A DNA stretch of 64,000 nucleotides from a virus (lineage: Duplodnaviria > Heunggongvirae > Uroviricota > Caudoviricetes). Shown here one piece after another: positions 40,681 through 49,060 of the stretch. Made by a program: the position numbers and the translations under genes. The first letter of the stretch is position 1. Each line of letters opens with the position of its first letter. The stretch lies in IMG/VR virus record IMGVR_UViG_3300009093_000040; one strand, written 5' to 3'. A model generated the notes under the pieces. That model was not told the DNA's origin, ran no database searches, and saw only the letters and a program-made list of their open reading frames with translations.

Positions 40681-41123
40681 GCTGCGTCGTCTAAATTGAT
40701 TTTTGATTGTTTATAAGCTCTCACTTTGTACACTGTTACTTCTAACATATCCAAAGCTTCATCAATACCTGCACGATCATCCAAGAAGATATTAGCGTAT
40801 ATTTTACCGTTCTTACCATAAGGCACATCAATAGGTGTAATATTAATACCATCTATATCTAAACCTTTGTCTGCACAGTATTTTTTAATCTCTTCATAAC
40901 GGTCCTCATTACAGGCTGTGAATACAACTAACCATATACCTGTCTGCTTACAAACTTTCAGGAGATTTATTGTTTTATCCAGCTTGATAAGATCCTCTTG
41001 ATCTTTGAACTTCCATGGAGAAATTGTGTCATCGAAATCAACAGCGGCAACAATTTTACCGTGCTGTACCCACTCTTCGTAAAGACGTTGGTAATATTTG
41101 TTTTTGTGGTTTATCGGTGTCAT
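40677..41123 (-). CDS. HAD-superfamily phosphatase-like protein
   Basis: 'VAAVDFDDTIS' (DxD motif I) ... 'VVFTACN' ... 'IFLDDRAG'; the likely start is the internal 'MTPINHK', since the longest ORF would overlap the Prs gene. Confidence 0.4.
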   Translation of the reverse strand: MTPINHKNKYYQRLYEEWVQHGKIVAAVDFDDTISPWKFKDQEDLIKLDKTINLLKVCKQTGIWLVVFTACNEDRYEEIKKYCADKGLDIDGINITPIDVPYGKNGKIYANIFLDDRAGIDEALDMLEVTVYKVRAYKQSKINLDDAA

Positions 41124-41124
41124 T

Positions 41125-42057
41125 TTAAAATAGATTACGTTGTTTAACAAAACTGTTAGGATGAATTTCACCTTCAAATACAATGATGTCTGATAAATCT
41201 TTATAGCTATTTGTAGTATAAATGTTATCAAAATATTGAGCTAGTTCTTGAAATCCTTTACTAAATATTCCGTGAGTTACAACAAGTGAAATTTTACTTT
41301 TACAAATCTCGTTTTCACAAGCAACATTATATTTATGTATTTTGTTTTTTATTTCTTTAGCAATTTCAATAAAAGTTTTACCTCCATCGCATATGTCATC
41401 TATTATAACAAAATTCTTTTTTTCGTGATGTGCTATGTTTAAAGGAACATCTGTTTTGGTTAGTTTACCTTCTTCATTTCTGTGTTTACTACAAACAATA
41501 ATTTCTCCATTGTAATTTATTTTCTCAGCTATTTTGTAAATCTTTTTTAAAGAACCTCCATCAGGAGAAACTAAAACAAAATCATTTAATTTTGCGTTAG
41601 TATCAGAAATAAAAGATTCAACCACAGTTAAATTATCTATTTTCTGAAAATTATTTAAACAAGCTTCCAAAACATCCGAGTGAGGGTCCATAACGGTTAC
41701 TGAATTAAAATTCAAATCATTTATTGGTGGACAACTTACTTCCTTCAAATAATTATTTGATCCTTCCTCAAATTTTCTATCTGACCTTGAACCTAAAAAG
41801 TATGGTGTATACAAATGGATTTCTTTAACTCCTAAATCTCTTAACGATCTGGTTGCACATGTAATAAGCTCCAAATCCATAAAATTATTATATCGAGATT
41901 TAATTTGTACGGCTTTATCACAGAAACTGCTTCCCCATTCTTTACTTTCATGAGTTCTCCATCCAATGATGTTAACCTGTTGTTGCCCATCGGGAAACTT
42001 AATGATTTTGTATTTAAGGTCTGATTTTTCCAGACTTGTTAAATTTAGTGTTATCAT
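41125..42057 (-). CDS. prs: Ribose-phosphate pyrophosphokinase (Prs)-like protein (possibly the NARP1 'Adps' ADP-ribose pyrophosphokinase)
   Basis: 'FPDGQQQVNI', 'VLVSPDGGSLKKIYKIAEK' and PRPP-binding loop 'FVIIDDICDGGKTF' parallel Prs motifs. Confidence 0.7.
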   Translation of the reverse strand: MITLNLTSLEKSDLKYKIIKFPDGQQQVNIIGWRTHESKEWGSSFCDKAVQIKSRYNNFMDLELITCATRSLRDLGVKEIHLYTPYFLGSRSDRKFEEGSNNYLKEVSCPPINDLNFNSVTVMDPHSDVLEACLNNFQKIDNLTVVESFISDTNAKLNDFVLVSPDGGSLKKIYKIAEKINYNGEIIVCSKHRNEEGKLTKTDVPLNIAHHEKKNFVIIDDICDGGKTFIEIAKEIKNKIHKYNVACENEICKSKISLVVTHGIFSKGFQELAQYFDNIYTTNSYKDLSDIIVFEGEIHPNSFVKQRNLF

Positions 42058-42068
42058 GATTTATGTTT

Positions 42069-42521
42069 TTAAAATTTTCTACGACAATATTCTGCGATTA
42101 AAAATGCATCGGAATTCCAAAGGACAACTTCACTTTTAGGAAATAACTCTTGAGCTTTTCTTTTCAATCTGTTTTTCCAAGAAGTAGAGGTTTCTCCCTT
42201 TTCCTTTTTCAACATATAAGATTTCATCCATGTTTGCGGTGTAATTTCCTGATAGGATATCTTACACAATTCTAAGGTGTACAATAATCTTTCGACATTT
42301 ACTCCAAAGGTAAAATTGGCTTTAGCTCCGTTCGTTGGTCTGCAGCCTACCTTTTCTAGTAAACAGAAACAGTGTTTATCTGTATACTTACCCAAACGCT
42401 CTCTGAAAGCATCTCTGGTTTCAGGTGTTTTGAATACTTCAAGCACTCTACCATCTCCAGATAGAACTACAAACCCTCCGGACTGTCCGGGATCGCATCC
42501 GATGAAAATCTTCTCGCTCAT
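42069..42521 (-). CDS. RuvC-like Holliday-junction resolvase
   Basis: 'IFIGCDPGQSGGFVVL' (first catalytic Asp) and C-terminal 'NSDAFLIAEY'. Confidence 0.6.
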   Translation of the reverse strand: MSEKIFIGCDPGQSGGFVVLSGDGRVLEVFKTPETRDAFRERLGKYTDKHCFCLLEKVGCRPTNGAKANFTFGVNVERLLYTLELCKISYQEITPQTWMKSYMLKKEKGETSTSWKNRLKRKAQELFPKSEVVLWNSDAFLIAEYCRRKF

Positions 42522-42522
42522 A

Positions 42523-43329
42523 TTATATGTTATTTGATTGTGTTTCTTTTTGTGCCCTTCTTACGTATCCCTCTTTCTTAAAAGGTTCAATAAAAATAAT
42601 TTTTGTTTTACTGAAGTTTTCTCCGCAAGGTTGTAAACGAAAATGACCACTAACATCAAACCCTTCATTTCGAATTGAAGTAGTGTTCCATCTGCTGTTT
42701 ACAATTGTTATTGGAAATCTTGAGCAGTTCAGTAAATTGTCCGGAGATTTTTTACTTCCGTGCTTTGTTCCGGGAGCTACTATAATCTCATCATTCTCAG
42801 TAAGAAACATAAAGCAAAATAAAGAATAATAAAACTTCTCTATCGCTTTTACATCTGAATGCTCGAAGTGTTCGCAAAGCTCACCTGTTTTACGATTTAA
42901 GTGAAACATCACCCATTTCATATTACCGGTGCCTTTCTTTTTATCCTCAACTTTAAACTCCGTATGTATAAAAGCAATTCTGTCTTCATGAAATCTAACA
43001 CGAAGTAAAAAGTTATCTGGGCAAATAAAAGTTAGTTTTTGATCTTGGATATCGCTGAAAACAGTCCAGTCGTAATGACCTGCTTCAGTCGGCTTTACCT
43101 TTAACATGTCAAGCTTTTCTAATACAGTATTTGTTACGTAATAAGCTTTTTGATCTTTACTATGTAACAAGTGGTATAAAGAATATACTTGATCAGGTAA
43201 TTGTAACTCTTCTGTTTTTTCGGTACGATATGCTTTTTTAAATTCTTCCGGATGTGTGGATTCTAAAATTTCAAACCACAATGTATCATCGGTAAGGAAT
43301 CTATAAGCTATGTGATTTTCTAAAACCAT
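42523..43329 (-). CDS. Hypothetical protein (268 aa)
   Basis: Non-repetitive ORF; 1-nt spacing to its neighbours. Confidence 0.4.
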   Translation of the reverse strand: MVLENHIAYRFLTDDTLWFEILESTHPEEFKKAYRTEKTEELQLPDQVYSLYHLLHSKDQKAYYVTNTVLEKLDMLKVKPTEAGHYDWTVFSDIQDQKLTFICPDNFLLRVRFHEDRIAFIHTEFKVEDKKKGTGNMKWVMFHLNRKTGELCEHFEHSDVKAIEKFYYSLFCFMFLTENDEIIVAPGTKHGSKKSPDNLLNCSRFPITIVNSRWNTTSIRNEGFDVSGHFRLQPCGENFSKTKIIFIEPFKKEGYVRRAQKETQSNNI

Positions 43330-43330
43330 G

Positions 43331-44305
43331 TTAGTTTAATAATTTAATTAGTTCTTTTTTAACTGGTGCCTGCCCTAATGCTTCTATTGAATCAGATGCA
43401 TCTTTGTGACCAAGATCTAAAGTAATGTAAGGAATACCATATCGCTCCTTATACACCTCTCTCGATGTGTAACCTGCTTTATCATTATCAAACAGTGTCA
43501 CAATGTTATTGTACTTCAATCTGACATTATTTATATAACGCTGCGATATGATTGTATTCTCGCTATCAGGAGAGATGATTTCCCAATTAGGTATCTCAAG
43601 AGCATGGATGGCACAAATGTCCTTCATTGCCTTTGTAATGAGTAAATTCGGCACACTACCTGTTAATTGATCAGTACCTTGTATATACTCTTTTACCTTA
43701 ATGAATTTGCATTCTTTAACCATCGGTTGATATATCTTGCACAAATCACCATTTTTCCTAAAATAACCGTACACATTGTTTCTTACTATTTTTAAGGTTT
43801 TGGGCACACCATTCTCTTCTTTTGTAAGGCAGTAATGGTCCAAAGGAGCTATGTTGTAATTCTCTAAAAGCTTTGAGCTGATGTGGTATTTATCAAACCA
43901 AAATTGTTTATCTAAAACGTTCCAGCGTCGTAATTCAAATGAGCTTACTTTGTACTTAGATAGAATTTTGTATTCGCGATCTGTAGAACCACTATTACCG
44001 GCAAGATGTTTTTCATAGTCCTTTTGAATTTTGCTCAGCACTTGTGCGCGTTTTAAATCAGGAAATAATAAAGCAACAAGGTCCGTCGCAGAACCACCTC
44101 TTCCTGATGAGAAGTCTTTGAAGAAGTAGCGTTTGTTTTTTTCGTAGAAAATTGTGAAGCTTGGGTTTTTTTCCGCAGAGTTCATCGGAGATTTTATTTT
44201 GAGTTCCTGCCCGTATAATCTTTCGGATAGATTCAAATAAAATTCGAAGATCCATTCTTCAGGAATCTCTCTTACACCAGTTACAACACATTTAGTATTG
44301 ATCAT
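43331..44305 (-). CDS. TOPRIM-domain primase-like protein
   Basis: 'TLFDNDKAGYTSREV...ITLDLGHKDASD' Toprim DxD signature. Confidence 0.45.
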   Translation of the reverse strand: MINTKCVVTGVREIPEEWIFEFYLNLSERLYGQELKIKSPMNSAEKNPSFTIFYEKNKRYFFKDFSSGRGGSATDLVALLFPDLKRAQVLSKIQKDYEKHLAGNSGSTDREYKILSKYKVSSFELRRWNVLDKQFWFDKYHISSKLLENYNIAPLDHYCLTKEENGVPKTLKIVRNNVYGYFRKNGDLCKIYQPMVKECKFIKVKEYIQGTDQLTGSVPNLLITKAMKDICAIHALEIPNWEIISPDSENTIISQRYINNVRLKYNNIVTLFDNDKAGYTSREVYKERYGIPYITLDLGHKDASDSIEALGQAPVKKELIKLLN

Positions 44306-44313
44306 ATGATTTG

Positions 44314-45132
44314 TTAGTGAATTAAAAGAGTTCTTACGTTTTCGATAAGCTGTTCGATAGTTCCATTGTTTTCGATTATATATCTAAAGCTGGCATTATC
44401 CAAAGCGGTTTCAGAAGGGTGTTGCAGGTTAAGAGGTATGTTGTTGTTTACTGTTTTTAAACCTTCTACAAATTTCCAATTTCTATTAACTCTAATGGTA
44501 ATTCCACCTCTTTCTTCAACAGCTTTTAATTCATTAGGAAAACGCATATCTGTGATGATCCATTTAGATTCAGGATAAACACCTTGTTCTTCCCATTCTT
44601 TAGATTTATATTCGCTAAACAAAGCATTCACCCATACATTTTCTCCAACCACTTCTCTCATTGCCTCGGTTCCTATTAATTGAAGTAAAAGTCTATACGT
44701 AGGTTTGGTTATTCTACCTGTATTATCAAGGGATTTAAAATCTTCCGGAGACAAATCACTTATGGGTCTTTTGCTGTACTTTAAACAAGGTTCTAATGAT
44801 GTTCCAGTATAAAGATGTTTATAAGTCCACCACTCTTCTGAAAGTTGTAGGCTTTTAAATTCTTGGTCTTCTAAATCATCAAGAGAGCAACCTGTTAACA
44901 AAGCAACTATCTCTTTTAATTTTCCAGCAAACTTTTTTATTTCCCAACCTGATTCAAGATTAGCTGGTACAGGCATATAACCTATTTCTACAAAGTTTTT
45001 CATTAGACGTTTAAATTCCTCCCCATTAGGTTGGTAATTAAGTTCTGCTCCTTTATGTAAAGTAAGATATTGAATTATATTTCCAATTGTATCCTTACCA
45101 CTACCTATTTTACCTGAAATTCCTATAAGCAT
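44314..45132 (-). CDS. P-loop deoxynucleoside monophosphate kinase-like protein (T4 Dnk-like)
   Basis: N-terminal 'MLIGISGKIGSGKDT' parallels T4 gp1 'MKLIFLSGVKRSGKDT'. Confidence 0.45.
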   Translation of the reverse strand: MLIGISGKIGSGKDTIGNIIQYLTLHKGAELNYQPNGEEFKRLMKNFVEIGYMPVPANLESGWEIKKFAGKLKEIVALLTGCSLDDLEDQEFKSLQLSEEWWTYKHLYTGTSLEPCLKYSKRPISDLSPEDFKSLDNTGRITKPTYRLLLQLIGTEAMREVVGENVWVNALFSEYKSKEWEEQGVYPESKWIITDMRFPNELKAVEERGGITIRVNRNWKFVEGLKTVNNNIPLNLQHPSETALDNASFRYIIENNGTIEQLIENVRTLLIH

Positions 45133-45135
45133 GTT

Positions 45136-45630
45136 TTATTTATTAATTTGTTTGAAATATAATATATGTGTATTTTTAGTATCCAAAAGAATTCCATCTA
45201 AGGTTCTGTACATCATTCTTTCTTGATCATAAATAATATATCTATGCAATAAAGCATGTTCACTTTTAGAAAGTTCTATTACATCTTTAGCGTGTTCTTC
45301 TTTATAACTCCAGTGATGTAATTCATTTCCTTTTTTACAAGGTAATCTTTGAGATAACATTTTGGCTCTACGTTTTTCAGGATATTTTTCATTATACCTT
45401 TTTATTATATCCTTCTTTTTATCTGCTGTTGGTTTATGTTGATCTTTGTAATTGAGTCTGTAATATTTTGCTCTTAATCTTTCTTTTTCTTTTTCAAGCC
45501 ATTCTGGATTTTCGCGCAATTTAGCTTCCCTTTTTTTTACCTTATCTATCCAACATTTTTTACAAATGTTTTTTATAGTTTGATAAAAATCTTCTTTTGA
45601 TTTTAAGGTATTACATTTTTTACAAAACAT
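45136..45630 (-). CDS. HNH endonuclease with N-terminal Cys pairs
   Basis: 'CKKCNT...CKKCW' then 'GNELHHWSY...EHALLHRY'. Confidence 0.4.
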   Translation of the reverse strand: MFCKKCNTLKSKEDFYQTIKNICKKCWIDKVKKREAKLRENPEWLEKEKERLRAKYYRLNYKDQHKPTADKKKDIIKRYNEKYPEKRRAKMLSQRLPCKKGNELHHWSYKEEHAKDVIELSKSEHALLHRYIIYDQERMMYRTLDGILLDTKNTHILYFKQINK

Positions 45631-45657
45631 TTTATTTAAAAATTTTAAATAAAGGTA

Positions 45658-45690
45658 ATAAAAGGTAGTATTTTATTACTACCTTTTATA
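45658..45690 (-). terminator. Perfect 12-bp stem hairpin; likely terminator after the SSB gene
   Basis: 'taaaaggtagta ttttat tactacctttta' palindrome followed by a T-rich tract on the minus strand. Confidence 0.4.
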
Positions 45691-45695
45691 AACAA

Positions 45696-46496
45696 TTAAT
45701 TAACAGTAAAGGGAAGATCGTCGTCATTACTATTGTTATTTCCGGTTGCAGCATTTTGTTGCTGGCTTTGGAAATCTTTGTGTACACCCTCTGTATGTTC
45801 ACCACCTTTAGGAGGGTTATTTGTTGCTTGATTTGTTTTGGCTGCACCTTCTCCAAAAGAAGCTATATCTTTAGGCTTAGGTTCAATGGTGTGAACTGCT
45901 TTATTAAATGTTTGAACTTTCGCGGCATCTTTACAAAACGCACGACCTAACGAACTTGGTTTAGCTAAAAACAATTCGTAAGCAGGGAAGTTATTTTGTT
46001 TCATGTATTTTTTACCACAAATACAGAAAGTAAACCATTGATCTTTAAATAACTGTTCTTTCTCGAACTGAACAAATAAATCTTCAATTTTTGCAAAGTT
46101 GTGTTTATCATTAGTCTCATCCACCCAATTAGGAAATCCTAATTCAATACACAATACTTTAAGCCATCTGATCATTTCTTTGTCGCGTTCAATCAAATCA
46201 CCGTTTGCAGGTTGGAAGTCTCTGTAGGACCATTGTGAAGCTTTTACGGTACCCACCTGACCTTTGTATCTACCCAACTCAGGTTTGTCTTTATCGATTA
46301 AATAACCTTCAAAAGAAGCGCCTAAATCTTCTCCTTCAAGTTCAAGTACAATGTGTAAGTCATTACCCGGCTTACCACCAAATACAGCTGGAATGGTTTT
46401 TATATGATTTATTTTACATATAACGTTTCCGGGCTGCAGGTTTTTTGGAATGAATCCTCCTGTTGGTTTAGCGTCTACTTCTTTCGTGTTTAGCAT
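45696..46496 (-). CDS. Putative single-stranded DNA-binding protein
   Basis: Near-C-terminal acidic 'NSNDDDLPF' tail like the SSB 'DDDIPF'; lies in the replication module. Confidence 0.4.
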   Translation of the reverse strand: MLNTKEVDAKPTGGFIPKNLQPGNVICKINHIKTIPAVFGGKPGNDLHIVLELEGEDLGASFEGYLIDKDKPELGRYKGQVGTVKASQWSYRDFQPANGDLIERDKEMIRWLKVLCIELGFPNWVDETNDKHNFAKIEDLFVQFEKEQLFKDQWFTFCICGKKYMKQNNFPAYELFLAKPSSLGRAFCKDAAKVQTFNKAVHTIEPKPKDIASFGEGAAKTNQATNNPPKGGEHTEGVHKDFQSQQQNAATGNNNSNDDDLPFTVN

Positions 46497-47193
46497 GTGT
46501 TTTTCGTTTTAGATTTATTTGTTTTAAATACTGATTGTCTCTTTTCTTTTTTGCCGCTTGGTATACATTTGAGGCTTCTATGATATCATCAAAACGACCT
46601 AGATATTTTGTTTTATCATTAAATGTTATACTGGCTATCCATTTGTTACCTGATTTACTAACTCCAGTATATCCTGAAGTATTTGTTTTCATAATTGATT
46701 TATTAACATTTTGTACTTCAGAAGTTACCCATCTACAATTATCAGGAGAATAATTTCCATTACTATCTTTCCTATCAATAGTTAGATGTTTTTTATATCC
46801 ATTATTAAGCGCCCAATCACGAAATGGTTCAAAGGTTTTCCATTCATTACAAACTATTATTCCTTTTTCTTTATAGTAAATTTTGGTGTTTTTTAAATTC
46901 CTGTAACAACGATTATGTAATCCTCTCCATATAGCTAAAAGTCTTGCATGTTTATTACATCTTCCGTCTTTATAAGCAATATTAGATAATTTAGCAGCTC
47001 TATAACATCCGCAACTTTTTGTGCTACCTGTTTTTACTTTATTTATTTGTGCTATAAATACAGAACCACAAAAACATTTGTATTTACCCATAAAACGATA
47101 CTGATATTTTCTTTTACAAGAAGGAGTACTTACTTTAACAGTAGGTAACTTTTCAATTAAAGTTAAAACTCCTAAAACAACTTTATCCTTCAT
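46468..47193 (-). CDS. HNH-AP2 homing endonuclease
   Basis: 'CFCGSVF...KSCGC' plus AP2-like 'SGYTGVSKSGNKWIASITFNDKTKYLGRFDDIIEA'; the longest ORF extends to 47280, but the internal 'MKDKVV' start avoids overlap. Confidence 0.5.
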   Translation of the reverse strand: MKDKVVLGVLTLIEKLPTVKVSTPSCKRKYQYRFMGKYKCFCGSVFIAQINKVKTGSTKSCGCYRAAKLSNIAYKDGRCNKHARLLAIWRGLHNRCYRNLKNTKIYYKEKGIIVCNEWKTFEPFRDWALNNGYKKHLTIDRKDSNGNYSPDNCRWVTSEVQNVNKSIMKTNTSGYTGVSKSGNKWIASITFNDKTKYLGRFDDIIEASNVYQAAKKKRDNQYLKQINLKRKTHAKHERSRR

Positions 47194-47197
47194 AATA

Positions 47198-47407
47198 TTA
47201 AGGTTTATATCTGTCTTTGTTAATGAATAAAATTTTCTCGTCATCGTATGAGTAACAAGGGTCACAATAATGTTTGTCACCCTTTGTTAACCATTCTTTT
47301 TCAGCCATTTTATCTTCCACTTCCTGAAGTACTGCAGAAGTAAAATCAAATTCGGTTTTGCAGTTATCACAAATTGCAACAACCATTTGTGTCCTTTTGG
47401 TTAACAT
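47198..47407 (-). CDS. Small Zn-ribbon protein
   Basis: 'CDNCKTEF...HYCDPCY'. Confidence 0.35.
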   Translation of the reverse strand: MLTKRTQMVVAICDNCKTEFDFTSAVLQEVEDKMAEKEWLTKGDKHYCDPCYSYDDEKILFINKDRYKP

Positions 47408-47790
47408 TACTTAGTTACCTTAGACATGATTTTAGTGTGGATATGCTCAAAAAGCTCATCGAATTTTTCTTTGCCTGCATCTTTAGTTAAAGACAACATT
47501 TGTCCTGTTGCATGAGCAGCAGCGATGGCAGCATCATAAGATTTATCTTTAGGTGCGAATTTTTTAGCATCACCCGCTGCAGTAGCTTTAGGAAAACTTG
47601 CAAATATTTTTTTAATATCTGTTCCGGGTTTAATCCAGTCTTTAAATTCAAGCTCTACAGTTTCGCCTGCTTTTAGATCTTTAAATTTTGGTTCGCTTTC
47701 TGAGTTACCACTAACTTCGCGACCATCTGTTAATTTAATGTTCGCATATTTTCCATTATGTGCGATCGATTCAATTGTTACTTTTTCCAT
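47407..47790 (-). CDS. Hypothetical protein (127 aa)
   Basis: Non-repetitive ORF. Confidence 0.4.
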   Translation of the reverse strand: MEKVTIESIAHNGKYANIKLTDGREVSGNSESEPKFKDLKAGETVELEFKDWIKPGTDIKKIFASFPKATAAGDAKKFAPKDKSYDAAIAAAHATGQMLSLTKDAGKEKFDELFEHIHTKIMSKVTK

Positions 47791-47799
47791 TATGTGTTT

Positions 47800-47982
47800 T
47801 TATTTAAAAGTTGATATAAATTTTTTACCATAAAAGTACCACCAGTAAAAAGGTATAAAATACACCTTTAAAGCTTCCTTTTTCGTAAATAAAGGTTTTT
47901 CATCAATACTCACTTGTAAACAATGTATAATTGTTATTACAATGCGAAATATAAATCCTAATATAAGTACTGCCACTAACAT
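47800..47982 (-). CDS. Small membrane protein
   Basis: Hydrophobic 'MLVAVLILGFIFRIVITII'. Confidence 0.3.
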   Translation of the reverse strand: MLVAVLILGFIFRIVITIIHCLQVSIDEKPLFTKKEALKVYFIPFYWWYFYGKKFISTFK

Positions 47983-48833
47983 TATTTTACGTCTTTAAAC
48001 ATTAAAGGTACTGTTCCATAAACAGGTAATTTACCATCCCATTTGTCAAGCATTTGCTGACGGATTATATTTTCGGTTAAACTGGATTGGAGTAATTGAT
48101 TAGCTTTTGCATCACCAGCAGCTCGTATAACTTTAGCGGCACTATCACCCTTTGCTTCTGCGATATCTTTTTGAGCTTGGGCTATAGACTGTCTAACTTC
48201 GTTCTCTTTTTGTATAGCTACTTGAGTTGCTTTTAACTTGTCGTTGATGGCTGTTACAATATCATCCGGTGGACGCGGAGCACCAATAAAACCAAATTGC
48301 TCTATATGAACGCCGATAGGTTCTAATTTATCTTGTACTTTCTTTCTGACTTTATCTAAAAATTCAGCGTTGTTACCCATAACGTGATCAATATCATACG
48401 AACCACCTGTTTCATTAAACGCATCGCGTGTTACATTTCGTAAGAAGCCGTGTGTAAAACCATTTATGTCATCATTTCTAAACTTAACATAAAAATAAGG
48501 TACTTTCTCATAAAGTAAAGAATATGATACAGACACATCTGCAGATATAACCATATTATCTTTATTTGTAAAAGTTATCTCTTCGTTATTTGGTGCACCC
48601 TCATTTGGGTCCCTTGTCCATTTTGCGGTTTGCACGTTGGTCGGGTACTCGTAAATAGTTGTACTCATAGGATTATACCAAGTAAATCCTGTTTTAATTG
48701 CTACATCATCAACTCCCTTGTTATCACCAAAATTATGTACTACAATACCCACTGACCCGGGTGGAACTGTTTTGCAACTTGCAAGAAACATTACTACGAT
48801 CGCCAATGCGATTACTTTGATTGATTTTTTCAT
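47982..48833 (-). CDS. SPFH/band-7-like lipoprotein
   Basis: Lipoprotein signal 'VMFLASCKT'; C-terminal Ala/Gln-rich 'IAQAQKDIAEAKGDSAAKVIRAAGDAKANQLL' typical of SPFH domains. Confidence 0.45.
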   Translation of the reverse strand: MKKSIKVIALAIVVMFLASCKTVPPGSVGIVVHNFGDNKGVDDVAIKTGFTWYNPMSTTIYEYPTNVQTAKWTRDPNEGAPNNEEITFTNKDNMVISADVSVSYSLLYEKVPYFYVKFRNDDINGFTHGFLRNVTRDAFNETGGSYDIDHVMGNNAEFLDKVRKKVQDKLEPIGVHIEQFGFIGAPRPPDDIVTAINDKLKATQVAIQKENEVRQSIAQAQKDIAEAKGDSAAKVIRAAGDAKANQLLQSSLTENIIRQQMLDKWDGKLPVYGTVPLMFKDVK

Positions 48834-48844
48834 TTGTCTTTTTT

Positions 48845-49054
48845 TTATTTGGTTTTTGATTTATTTATTTTTGATACTAAATAGTTATATGGTTTTAATC
48901 CGAATCTTGTTTTAACAGTGATAACTAACAAGATTACTAATAAAATTAAACCCATTATATTTTCGAATGTGTTACGCGCAGACATCATTTCTAAAAAGAA
49001 ATCTGACAACAACCATCCTATACAGAAAAAAATAGTTACAATTATTACTTTCAT
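48845..49054 (-). CDS. Small membrane protein
   Basis: Two hydrophobic helices. Confidence 0.3.
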   Translation of the reverse strand: MKVIIVTIFFCIGWLLSDFFLEMMSARNTFENIMGLILLVILLVITVKTRFGLKPYNYLVSKINKSKTK

Positions 49055-49060
49055 TTTTTT

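Noticed and set aside
40677-41231. Longest-ORF start at 41231 for the HAD gene
   Set aside because: It would overlap the Prs gene by about 100 nt with a hydrophobic junk N-terminus; the internal 'MTPINHK' start at 41123 abuts the Prs stop
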